Shown here in pieces: positions 1 through 9,052 of a stretch of 64,000 nt of DNA. Below the pieces are notes generated by a model. It ran no database searches, had not been told where the DNA came from, and worked only from the letters and a program-made list of their open reading frames with translations. Position 1 is the first letter of the stretch, and every line of letters starts with the position of its first letter. A program made the translations under genes and the position numbers. The stretch comes from a virus, in IMG/VR virus record IMGVR_UViG_3300042544_000912, positions 66,899-130,898 of that record. One strand, 5' to 3'.

Positions 1-1
1 C

Positions 2-529
2 AAGGACCTAGTGGTTTCTGGTGATCTTACGGTCAACGGAACTACAACAACCGTTAACTCGACGACCATCTCTGTTGATGATAAAAACATCGAACTTGGT
101 TCTGTAGCATCACCAACAAATACTACTGCCGACGGTGGTGGTATTACACTAAAGGGTGCGACAGATAAGACTTTCAACTGGGTAAATGCTACTGCGGCAT
201 GGACTTCTTCAGAAGATCTCAACCTACTTAGTGGCAAGGTTTATGAAATCAACGGTACTACTGTTCTTTCTTCTTCTGCGCTTGGTTCAGGTGTTACTGG
301 TTCGTCACTAACAAGCGTTGGTACTATCGCAACTGGTGTTTGGAATGGTACTGCGGTTACTGTTCCTTATGGTGGTACTGGTGCAACAACATTCACTTCG
401 AATGGTATTCTATACGGAAATGGCACAGGTGCTCTACAAGCAACTGCGGCTGGCACAAACGGCTACTTCCTGTATTCGAATAGCGGTACACCTGCTTGGA
501 CAAATACAATTAGCGGTGGAACATACTGA
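2..529 (+). CDS. Tail/structural fibre protein, C-terminal part (ORF open at the left edge)
   Basis: Thr/Gly/Ser-rich beta-type sequence; frame is open from position 2; about 110 aa are paralogous to the middle of 789..2927; ends in a GGTY motif typical of T4-like fibre genes. Confidence 0.7.
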   Translation, partial: KDLVVSGDLTVNGTTTTVNSTTISVDDKNIELGSVASPTNTTADGGGITLKGATDKTFNWVNATAAWTSSEDLNLLSGKVYEINGTTVLSSSALGSGVTGSSLTSVGTIATGVWNGTAVTVPYGGTGATTFTSNGILYGNGTGALQATAAGTNGYFLYSNSGTPAWTNTISGGTY

Positions 530-537
530 TAAATAAA

Positions 538-558
538 GGGAGAGGGTTTCCCTCTCCC
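538..558 (+). other. Strong hairpin GGGAGAGGG-TTT-CCCTCTCCC
   Basis: Perfect 9-bp stem just after GATAAATA (527-534); no U-tract follows, so terminator status is uncertain. Confidence 0.6.
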
Positions 559-575
559 AACTTGTGAGGATTATC

Positions 576-779
576 ATGGATCAGACTAAATTTATTAATA
601 CATATATCGCAAATCTCGCGGAGCAAACTAAAAGTGCTACGCTTGAGATTATTATGCTGAAAACGCATTTGGCAATTGCAAATGAGACTATCGCTGAATT
701 GACGACCAAACTTGAAGCACAAGCAACAGAAATTAAACAGGATGAGGCAGACGTTCTTCCTCTATCTGATTACAAATAA
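576..779 (+). CDS. Small coiled-coil hypothetical protein between fibre genes
   Basis: ORF 564..779; SD GAGGA favours ATG 576; heptad-like helical pattern. Confidence 0.6.
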   Translation: MDQTKFINTYIANLAEQTKSATLEIIMLKTHLAIANETIAELTTKLEAQATEIKQDEADVLPLSDYK

Positions 780-788
780 GGTAGTGAA

Positions 789-2927
789 ATGGCAACAAGA
801 GTTCAATTCAGAAGAGGTACTACGGCAGAGCATAGCACTTTCACGGGTGCAGAAGGTGAAATAACCGTAAACACAACAAAAGATACTCTTGTTGTTCACG
901 ATGGCTCGACTGCTGGTGGTTTCGAAATAGTAAGTTTGGCCGCGTCCCAAACATTAACTAATAAAACATTAACTTCTCCAACATTCACTGCACCGGTTCT
1001 GGGAACACCTGCTAGTGGTACCTTAACTAACTGCACAGGATTACCTGTTGCATCTGGCGTTTCTGGTTTAGGAACTGGCGTTGCTACATTTCTGGCCACG
1101 CCATCTTCCGCAAACTTAATCTCTGCGATTACGGATGAGACTGGTTCTGGCGCACTGGTATTTGGAACAAGTCCTGCTATCACCACATCTATTACTACGC
1201 CAAGCACAACTTTTGCACTAGTAAATACTACGGCGACAACAGTAAACTTTGCTGGTGCGGCGACTGCGGTTACTATTGGTGCTTCAACCGGCACTACAAC
1301 AGTAAATAATAGTTTGGTGGTCACTGGCGATCTTACGATCAATGGAACTACGAATACTATCAATTCAACAACAATTACTGTTGATGATAAGAACATCGAA
1401 CTTGGTTCGGTAGCATCACCAACTAACGTCACAGCAGATGGTGGTGGTATTACTCTAAGGGGTACTACAGATAAAACGTTTAACTGGGTGAGTGCAACGG
1501 CCGCATGGACTTCATCGGAAGACTTAAATCTTCTTACGGGTAAAGTCTATGAAATCAACGGCACTACCGTTCTTTCTGCCACGGCATTGGGGTCGGGCGT
1601 TACTGGTTCTTCACTGACTTCTGTTGGCACGATTGGAACGGGTGTTTGGCAGGGAACTTTGGTAAGTTCTACCTATGGTGGAACAGGCGTAAATAATGGT
1701 GGTAGAACCATTACATTAAATACGGGCAACTTAACAATTGCTGCACAGGCAGGTGGCTCATCGCTTACTGCACCATCTACTGGTACAATTGCAACTCTTG
1801 CTGGCACAGAAACATTTACTAATAAAACTCTTACCCTTCCAATTATTGATAACATCAAATTAGGTTATACTGCAACTGCCACCGCAGCTGGTACAACTAC
1901 ATTAACTGCATCTAGCAATCGTCAGCAATTATTTACTGGTTCGACTACACAAACTGTTGTTCTTCCAGTAACCAGCACATTAGTCGCTGGTATGGGTTAT
2001 GATATCGAAAATAACTCAACAGGTAACTTAACAGTGAATTCTTCTGGTGGTAATTTAGTAGCAACAGTTGTTCCAGGAACCAATCTTCACGTAGTTTGTA
2101 TTGGTACTACTCTAACTACTGCGGCAGACTGGGACGCAGAATTTACAGGATTTGGTACGCTTACAGGTACGGGTTCAGTTGTTCTAGCAACATCACCTAC
2201 ACTAACGACACCAAATATTGGGGCTGCTACTGGTACATCTCTAAGTGTTTCTGGGTCCTTAACTTCCACTGTTGCAACTGGCACTGCTCCGTTGGTAGTC
2301 ACTTCTACTACTAAAGTTACTAACCTAAACGCAGAACTAGTAGATGGTTACCATGCAACTGAAACCAACACGGCATCAAATATTGTTGTCAGAGACTCGA
2401 CACGCAAAATCAATCACAGCGGTGCCGTTCTTTCAGGTTCTACGTCAGGAACAACTACGGTAGTTGCAACTGCAATTGCAGGAACTACTACTTTAACTTT
2501 ACCTGCCGCCACAGATACGCTGGTTGGTAAAGCAACTACCGATACTCTTACAAATAAAACTCTCACTACACCGGCAATCAATGGTGCAACTGTGGGTGTT
2601 TCTGCGACTGTTACAGCTGGCACTAATGCTCAGGGTCAAGGCGCACTGACATCCGATTATAACGTAATAACCACCGCGGCATCTGCTCCATCTGGAGTAA
2701 CTCTTCCGACTGCTACTACTGGACGTAGAATTGTTATCGTAAATAAGGGCGCAAATATCATCAATATCTATCCTGCAACTAGTGGATATATTGATGCGCT
2801 TGCAATCAACACCGCAACTTCGCTTGCACCAAACGGAACAATGGAATTGATGGCATCATCTACAACTCAATGGTATTCTATTGACCGACTTGCAATTTAC
2901 AATGCAGCGGGAACATTGTTGAACTAA
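789..2927 (+). CDS. Long fibre protein with Mtd_N-like N-terminal domain
   Basis: N-terminus RVQFRRGTTAEHSTFTGAEGEITVNTTKDTLVVHDGSTAGG resembles the Bordetella phage Mtd N-terminal domain; very Thr-rich; three L/F-TNKTLT-x-P repeats. Confidence 0.75.
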   Translation: MATRVQFRRGTTAEHSTFTGAEGEITVNTTKDTLVVHDGSTAGGFEIVSLAASQTLTNKTLTSPTFTAPVLGTPASGTLTNCTGLPVASGVSGLGTGVATFLATPSSANLISAITDETGSGALVFGTSPAITTSITTPSTTFALVNTTATTVNFAGAATAVTIGASTGTTTVNNSLVVTGDLTINGTTNTINSTTITVDDKNIELGSVASPTNVTADGGGITLRGTTDKTFNWVSATAAWTSSEDLNLLTGKVYEINGTTVLSATALGSGVTGSSLTSVGTIGTGVWQGTLVSSTYGGTGVNNGGRTITLNTGNLTIAAQAGGSSLTAPSTGTIATLAGTETFTNKTLTLPIIDNIKLGYTATATAAGTTTLTASSNRQQLFTGSTTQTVVLPVTSTLVAGMGYDIENNSTGNLTVNSSGGNLVATVVPGTNLHVVCIGTTLTTAADWDAEFTGFGTLTGTGSVVLATSPTLTTPNIGAATGTSLSVSGSLTSTVATGTAPLVVTSTTKVTNLNAELVDGYHATETNTASNIVVRDSTRKINHSGAVLSGSTSGTTTVVATAIAGTTTLTLPAATDTLVGKATTDTLTNKTLTTPAINGATVGVSATVTAGTNAQGQGALTSDYNVITTAASAPSGVTLPTATTGRRIVIVNKGANIINIYPATSGYIDALAINTATSLAPNGTMELMASSTTQWYSIDRLAIYNAAGTLLN

Positions 2928-2928
2928 T

Positions 2929-3708
2929 ATGGCCACAACAATCCAAATAAAAAGCAGTGAGACCGTAAATTCCGTTCCAACTGCGGGTCAGTTGTCAACG
3001 GCTGAACTTGCGGTAAACTTGGCCGACGGGAAGCTATTCTCGAAAAAATCTGACGGAACAATCGTCACTCTAGCTGGCAATACAACCGCCACAACATATT
3101 ATATTCCCACAATTCTAGGATTGATTACTGAGACTGCCGACTTTGGTACTGACTTTGGTTCTATTACTTCGGCTGTTAGCAGCGGTAATATGCAAGATAC
3201 TAATACGAACAGTGATGTTACGTTCGATTCAGTTGAAACCTCCAGTATAACTATTGGCGGGAAACAAGCGGTCAACGGTCCAGCATTCAGTGCTTATGCA
3301 GCCGCTACTGTGCAAACAATTACCAGCGGTTCACAGCAAAAGGTGTTATTCCAAACCGAAGAATTTGATACTAACAACAACTTTGCCAGTTCACGTTTCA
3401 CACCTACAGTAGCAGGTTACTATCAATTAAATGCTGAGGTTCGTTTTGATGGAACATCTGGCACAGGTGAAATGATGATTGTTCTTTATAAAAACGGTTC
3501 AGAATACAAGCGCGGCACAAACCAACAAGGCACACAAATAGCATCAAATTTCTGGGCGATGCAGGTTAGTTCGTTAGTATATGCTAATGGAACCACTGAT
3601 TACTTTGAAATATATGTTCAACAAGGTTCTGGTGGAAATTTAAATGTTACTGCTGTTAACAATCCGGCTATTACTTGGTTTAACGGTTGTATGTTGCGCG
3701 GGGCGTAA
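2929..3708 (+). CDS. Fibre protein with C-terminal C1q-like domain
   Basis: N-terminal IQIKSS...ELAVNLADGKLF module seen in T4-like fibres; C-terminal AFSAY...VLFQTEEFDTNNNF...RFTPTVAGYYQLNAEVRF C1q-type signature. Confidence 0.7.
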   Translation: MATTIQIKSSETVNSVPTAGQLSTAELAVNLADGKLFSKKSDGTIVTLAGNTTATTYYIPTILGLITETADFGTDFGSITSAVSSGNMQDTNTNSDVTFDSVETSSITIGGKQAVNGPAFSAYAAATVQTITSGSQQKVLFQTEEFDTNNNFASSRFTPTVAGYYQLNAEVRFDGTSGTGEMMIVLYKNGSEYKRGTNQQGTQIASNFWAMQVSSLVYANGTTDYFEIYVQQGSGGNLNVTAVNNPAITWFNGCMLRGA

Positions 3709-3716
3709 TATAAATA
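3709..3716 (+). promoter_or_regulatory. T4-type late promoter TATAAATA
   Basis: Exact consensus 20 nt before the gp13 start. Confidence 0.85.
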
Positions 3717-3735
3717 GTCCGAAAGAGGAATACAA

Positions 3736-4704
3736 ATGGCAATTTCATCAAGACAAGGACTAATCGATTACTGTCTTCGCAGACTTGGATTTCCAGTAAT
3801 CGAAATCAACGTTGATGACGATCAAATACAAGATCGTATCGATGATGCATTACAGTATTTCCAAGAGTTTCATTTTGATGGTGTAGAGAGAGTCTATCTC
3901 CAGCATCAAGTAACTGGCGCAACCCTAAGATTTTCTGGCCTTTCTACACCTTCTTTTGAAGACGGTGAAACGCTTATAGGCGCAACTTCTGGTGCATCTT
4001 GCAAAGTAGTATCAATCAGCGGTACAACTTTGAGTGTGTCTAAAGTTTCTGGTACATTCCAATCGGCAGAGACTGTCACTGGACAAAATTCTGGATTCAG
4101 TAGAGCATTAGCAACGACGAATTTTTACACCGCAGGTGATATTCAGAATGGATATGTATCCATCCCAGATGCCGTCATCGGTGTAATTAGAGTGCTTCCA
4201 GTCAATGGACCTAGCTCAGGTATGAATAACGCAAACAATATGTTTGATGTTATTTACCAATTCCGTATGAACGACATGTATAATCTCTTGTCGGCCGATA
4301 TGATTTACTACACTCAGATGAAGCAATATTTGTCAATGCTCGACATGCTTCTTGTCGGTGATAGATCATTCGCATATAATCGTAAGACAGATAAGCTAGA
4401 AATTCATTGCAATTGGGAAGATGTATTCGACCCTGGCGATTTTATCATTGTTGAATGCTATCGTATTGTTGACCCAAATACATACACGCAAGTATATGAT
4501 GACCGATTCCTCAAAGAATATGCAACCGCATTGATTAAAAAGCAATGGGGTGATAACATGAAGAAGTTCGGTGGAATGCAATTACCAGGCGGTATTGTCA
4601 TGAACGGACAACAAGTCTATGATGAAGCGGTAGAAGAAATTAGAATGATCCGTGCAGACATGCAAATGAGTTCGGAGCTGCCCGTCGATTTTATGGTAGG
4701 ATAA
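3736..4704 (+). CDS. gp13: Neck protein gp13
   Basis: LIDYCLRRLGFPVIEINVDDDQIQDRIDDALQYF, KEYATALIKKQWG and GGIVMNG motifs; synteny before gp14/gp15. Confidence 0.9.
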   Translation: MAISSRQGLIDYCLRRLGFPVIEINVDDDQIQDRIDDALQYFQEFHFDGVERVYLQHQVTGATLRFSGLSTPSFEDGETLIGATSGASCKVVSISGTTLSVSKVSGTFQSAETVTGQNSGFSRALATTNFYTAGDIQNGYVSIPDAVIGVIRVLPVNGPSSGMNNANNMFDVIYQFRMNDMYNLLSADMIYYTQMKQYLSMLDMLLVGDRSFAYNRKTDKLEIHCNWEDVFDPGDFIIVECYRIVDPNTYTQVYDDRFLKEYATALIKKQWGDNMKKFGGMQLPGGIVMNGQQVYDEAVEEIRMIRADMQMSSELPVDFMVG

Positions 4705-4707
4705 AAA

Positions 4708-5358
4708 ATGGCAACAACTAGAAAAATTTTCACGGCAAACATGGGTGGTACTGTTGCCACCAATTATATTGGTCGCAGGGGAGAGATATTTTATGATGAT
4801 ACTACAGGGGAACTTCGCAGATCAGATGGTGTAACTCCAGGCGGCATTTCAATTTTAACTCCATCCAATACCGATCGCACTCAAGGATGTTTTCACAAGA
4901 AAGCAAACATAACAGCCGCTGCTTCTAATACTGTGTATGCATTTGACTGGTATACAGATACTACTGCACATTTAACTGATGATGTAACTGTCACATCTGC
5001 CCAACCATCTAGAGTGGTGCTTTCCAACGATGGTACTTATAAAGTATTTTTAGAAATGCAAGTAAAAAGCACTGGTAATGCCGAGCGTGATGTTTTTATT
5101 TGGTTAGCAAAGAATGGCGCTGACATTGCTGAAACTGCCGTTAAGATTCAAATCAGAGGTGGTGGGTTGGTAAACCCAGTATATCAACTACTTGCCAAAC
5201 AATGGATTATTGACGATATTGAGGCCGACGATTATATTGAATTGCGCTTTGCTCTAAGCGATCATGACAGAATTAGTCTCGAATACACCGCCGCACAAAC
5301 TACACCTTATGTGAGACCTGCAGTTGCAAGTGCAGTCTTTACGATAACATCGGTATAA
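4708..5358 (+). CDS. Fibre/adhesin-like protein inserted between gp13 and gp14
   Basis: N-terminal GEIFYDDTTGELRRSDGVTPGG (Mtd_N-like) plus beta-rich C-terminal domain (TNF/C1q/BclA-like pattern). Confidence 0.55.
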   Translation: MATTRKIFTANMGGTVATNYIGRRGEIFYDDTTGELRRSDGVTPGGISILTPSNTDRTQGCFHKKANITAAASNTVYAFDWYTDTTAHLTDDVTVTSAQPSRVVLSNDGTYKVFLEMQVKSTGNAERDVFIWLAKNGADIAETAVKIQIRGGGLVNPVYQLLAKQWIIDDIEADDYIELRFALSDHDRISLEYTAAQTTPYVRPAVASAVFTITSV

Positions 5359-5364
5359 TTTATC

Positions 5365-6120
5365 GTGCCTACCAACTTCTACTTTCAATCAGGAAATACT
5401 TCAGGTACAACAGGCGAACAACGTCTGCTGGAGGATTTGATTATCGAAAGTATGAAAATTTATGGGCATGATGTTTATTATCTACCTAGAACCATAATGA
5501 ACAAAGATAATATTCTACTTGAAGACCCATTATCATATTTTGCTCAGGCATATCCCCTAGAAATGTATCTTGAAAATACAGAAGGTTTCGAGGGTGAGGG
5601 TGAGTTATTGACAAAGTTTGGCTTTGAGTTTAGATCGAATGCTACTTTTGTTGTTGCTAGACGCCGCTGGGAAGAATCTGTGGGTCGTAATGCAGTCAAT
5701 CTACAGCTACCAGAACGTCCAGCGGAAGGCGATTTGCTTTTCTTTCCTAAGACAAAGACTTTCTTCCAAATCAATTATGTGGATTTTCTAAATCCATTCT
5801 ACCAACTCGGTAAGATTTACACATATAAAATGTCTTGTCAAGTATTTGAATTTAGCTCAGAGACTATTAATACTGGCATCGAAGAGATTGATAGTATCAC
5901 AGATGGTAAAACACAGGATACTCTCGGATGGCAACTTATTATGCAAAGTGGAGATTATGTCCTCGATAGTAAGGCAGCCACGATTATTCTACAACAGAGC
6001 GGTACAGCCAATGTTGACCCTCTAGACCAGACTAACGATATTGAAACAGAGGCAGGTGAATTCTTAGACTTTACCGCATTTAATCCATTCGGTGAAGTTC
6101 AAATAAGGACAGCGGCATAA
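5365..6120 (+). CDS. gp14: Neck protein gp14
   Basis: EQRLLEDLIIESMKIYGHDVYYLPR, RPAEGDLLFFP and NPFGE motifs; GTG start. Confidence 0.9.
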   Translation: MPTNFYFQSGNTSGTTGEQRLLEDLIIESMKIYGHDVYYLPRTIMNKDNILLEDPLSYFAQAYPLEMYLENTEGFEGEGELLTKFGFEFRSNATFVVARRRWEESVGRNAVNLQLPERPAEGDLLFFPKTKTFFQINYVDFLNPFYQLGKIYTYKMSCQVFEFSSETINTGIEEIDSITDGKTQDTLGWQLIMQSGDYVLDSKAATIILQQSGTANVDPLDQTNDIETEAGEFLDFTAFNPFGEVQIRTAA

Positions 6121-6896
6121 TGTTTTTGAAACAACAATTCTATCACCAGCACATTCGTAAAGCAATCATTGCTTTCGGAACTATATTCAATCAACTTACG
6201 GTTCAGCGCAAAAATGCAGCGGGTGAAATTGCACAGTCAATTAGAGTTCCGTTGGCATACGGACCTAAAGATAAGTTTCTAGCAAGAGTTGCCGCGGTAT
6301 CTGGAAATGACCCTGCTTCTGTGGCGATTACATTACCGAGAATTGGTTTTGAGATTACGGGTCTTCAATATAATCCACAACAGAAATTAAATATTCTTAC
6401 TAAGAATATAGCAGTGGGTGTTGGAGATGATGCTGATAAAGTGAGAGTTCAATATACTAGCACACCGTATAATCTGTCAATCTCTTTATTCATTATGACT
6501 AAAAATCAGGACGACGGCCTTCAAATCATCGAACAAATTTTACCGTTCTTCAATCCAGATTTTTGTGTGTCTATCACAGATATACCAGAGATGGGAATCA
6601 AAAGAGATTTACAAATTATACTAGAGAATATTTCGTATGAGGATAATTACGAGGGTGAGTTTACTCAGAGACAATCAATCATATGGAATTTAAACTTTAC
6701 ACTTGGTGTAAACTTCTATGGTCCAGTTGATATGCAGGGTTACATTAAAACTGCTATTGCAAATACATATGCAAATATCAATCCTGATCCCGACACCTCT
6801 GAAAAAATTAAATATCAAGTAACCTATACGCCTAATGATGCATCCTATCTAGACGATTGGAGTTATGTGGAGCAATTTGATGAAGCCTACGAATAA
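6120..6896 (+). CDS. gp15: Tail sheath stabiliser / tail terminator gp15
   Basis: FYHQHIRKAIIAFGTIFN, VPLAYGPKDKF and QIIEQILPFFNP motifs. Confidence 0.9.
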   Translation: MFLKQQFYHQHIRKAIIAFGTIFNQLTVQRKNAAGEIAQSIRVPLAYGPKDKFLARVAAVSGNDPASVAITLPRIGFEITGLQYNPQQKLNILTKNIAVGVGDDADKVRVQYTSTPYNLSISLFIMTKNQDDGLQIIEQILPFFNPDFCVSITDIPEMGIKRDLQIILENISYEDNYEGEFTQRQSIIWNLNFTLGVNFYGPVDMQGYIKTAIANTYANINPDPDTSEKIKYQVTYTPNDASYLDDWSYVEQFDEAYE

Positions 6897-7344
6897 TCAA
6901 TACGATAAACTAGATGCCATTTTTGGCACTCACATGGACGAAGTTCTAAGTTCGAAAGAAGAAAAACTACCAGCAGTGGTCGAAGAACCACCGGTACCAG
7001 TAATTGTGTCCACCGGTGATGATATCGAGGATGATTATCTAGCGGCCCGAAAGAAACTAAACGATTTGATTGGTACCAGTCAACAGGCACTCGATGGTAT
7101 GTTGAATGTCGCTCTCGCAAGCGATAGTCCTCGTGCGTATGAAGTTGTAGGTCAGTTGATAAAAACCACTGGCGATGCTGCAAAAGACCTTCTTGATTTG
7201 CAAGCCAAGAAAAAGAGATTACGAGAAGAAGAACCCAAGAAACAGAATATTGATACACAAAACAATATAATCTTTTCAGGTTCCACTTCCGATTTACTCA
7301 AAGCATTGAAAGCAGAGAAAGCAAAAGTCATAGATCATGAGTGA
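6880..7344 (+). CDS. gp16: Terminase small subunit gp16
   Basis: SDSPRAYEVVGQLIKT and NNIIFSGSTSDLLKAL motifs; directly before gp17; ATG 6880 preferred over 6865. Confidence 0.85.
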   Translation: MKPTNNQYDKLDAIFGTHMDEVLSSKEEKLPAVVEEPPVPVIVSTGDDIEDDYLAARKKLNDLIGTSQQALDGMLNVALASDSPRAYEVVGQLIKTTGDAAKDLLDLQAKKKRLREEEPKKQNIDTQNNIIFSGSTSDLLKALKAEKAKVIDHE

Positions 7345-8980
7345 GGAATCCTCGTACCACGGTAATATTAACTTAAAGCCGATTGGTCATAAACACAACT
7401 TCACACTAGAACAACTGGCAGAAATTGAAAAGTGCCAGGAAGATCCAATTTATTTTATTGAAAACTATTGTCAGATTGTTACACTGGACTATGGTCTCCA
7501 GCTGTTCAAGTTGTATGATTGTCAGAAAGAAAAAGTTCTTCACATTCTTGGAAATCGTAAAGCAATTCTGATGGAAGGACGCCAGCAGGGTAAGACTATT
7601 ACCTCTGCAGCCTGTATTCTTTGGTATACTCTCTTTCAAGACAGCAAGACGGTCGCTATCATGGCCAACAAGACGGCTGCGGCCCGTGAAGTTATGGCTC
7701 GTTATCAGGGTATGTATGAAAACTTACCGCTATGGATGCAGCAAGGTGTCAAGACATGGAACAAAGGTGACGTAGAGCTGGAGAACGGCTCTAAGATTTT
7801 TACCGCTGCTACAACCGCATCTGGTATTCGTGGTAAGTCAGTTAACTGGCTATACATTGACGAAGCGGCAATTATTCCAAATACCGTCGCAGAACAATTC
7901 TTTGCTTCTGTTTATCCTACCATTTCTGCTGGTCAGACAACAAAGATTCTTCTGACTTCTACTCCTCTCGGCTACAATCACTTCTGGAAGTTCTGGAATG
8001 AAGCGGAGAAGGGTAACAATGGCTTTGTGCCAATGTTCATTCCTTACCACAGAATTCCGGGTAGAGATGAAGCATGGGCAGAAGAACAGCTCCGCTTACT
8101 TGGAGAACTAAAGTTCAACCAAGAAGTTCTCTGTGAGTTTCTTGGCTCAAGCAACACACTGATTAGTGCTAAGACTTTGGGCGCTATGAGTTCTATCGAT
8201 CCTATTCACACGAAAGATGGACTGGATATTTTCGAAGAACCAATCGAAGGCCATATCTATGCAATGGGTGTAGATACGGCTCGCGGTGTAGGTGGAGACT
8301 ATTCTGCTTTCACACTTTTGGATGTTACCGAAGCGCCATACAGACTGGTGGCTAAGTATCGTGATAATAAAATTGCTCCGATGCTGTTTCCTAACATCGT
8401 AGCTAAGGTAGGTACCGAATACAACAAGGCATATATTCTTGTTGAAATTAATGATATCGGTCAACAAGTGGCAGATATTTTACACATGGAGTTAGAGTAT
8501 GATAATATTCTTACTACCGTTAAGACTGCACTAAAGCAATATCTATCACCTGGCTTTGGTACAAAGACCCAGCGCGGTGTTAGAATGACGAAGCAAGTAA
8601 AGAGACAGGGATGTTTTGCCCTTAAATCTCTACTCGAAGAACAAAAATTATTAGTATTTGATGCGGAAACTATTTCCGAGTTCTCTACTTTCATTGAAAA
8701 GCAGGGGTCTTGGCAGGCAGACGAAGGTTACTTTGATGACCTTGTAATGAGTCTTGTTCTATTAGCATGGATGACAAGTAATCCATACTTTAAAGATATG
8801 ACAAATGTTGACATTCGTGAGAAGATGTATAAAGATCAAATGGACAGCATCGAGGATGAACTAACTCCATTTGGGACAATAAGCAATGGACACCAAGAAG
8901 ACTATTTCGTATCAAATGGTGATTTATGGACAGTGTCCCAAGATGATGATGAACCTCGCCGCTCAGGTTGGTTACTGTAA
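7337..8980 (+). CDS. gp17: Terminase large subunit gp17
   Basis: Walker A GRQQGKT, YIDEAA Walker B, STPLG, nuclease VDTARG and DDLVMS motifs. Confidence 0.95.
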   Translation: MSEESSYHGNINLKPIGHKHNFTLEQLAEIEKCQEDPIYFIENYCQIVTLDYGLQLFKLYDCQKEKVLHILGNRKAILMEGRQQGKTITSAACILWYTLFQDSKTVAIMANKTAAAREVMARYQGMYENLPLWMQQGVKTWNKGDVELENGSKIFTAATTASGIRGKSVNWLYIDEAAIIPNTVAEQFFASVYPTISAGQTTKILLTSTPLGYNHFWKFWNEAEKGNNGFVPMFIPYHRIPGRDEAWAEEQLRLLGELKFNQEVLCEFLGSSNTLISAKTLGAMSSIDPIHTKDGLDIFEEPIEGHIYAMGVDTARGVGGDYSAFTLLDVTEAPYRLVAKYRDNKIAPMLFPNIVAKVGTEYNKAYILVEINDIGQQVADILHMELEYDNILTTVKTALKQYLSPGFGTKTQRGVRMTKQVKRQGCFALKSLLEEQKLLVFDAETISEFSTFIEKQGSWQADEGYFDDLVMSLVLLAWMTSNPYFKDMTNVDIREKMYKDQMDSIEDELTPFGTISNGHQEDYFVSNGDLWTVSQDDDEPRRSGWLL

Positions 8981-8992
8981 CTTTCACATTTT

Positions 8993-9000
8993 TATAAATA
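8993..9000 (+). promoter_or_regulatory. T4-type late promoter TATAAATA
   Basis: Exact consensus upstream of gp18. Confidence 0.85.
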
Positions 9001-9052
9001 AAAACATAAAAAGACAAGTTAATATTGTCAAGTTTACAACGAGGAGAAGAAT

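Noticed and set aside
896-1432. 178-aa minus-strand ORF
   Set aside because: Antisense shadow of a Thr-rich fibre gene (Val/Pro-rich mirror composition), with no SD or motif
2-1660. Diversity-generating retroelement (Mtd_N domain plus a repeated segment)
   Set aside because: The two copies differ mainly at synonymous positions of all base types, not only at adenines; no reverse transcriptase or avd gene in the window
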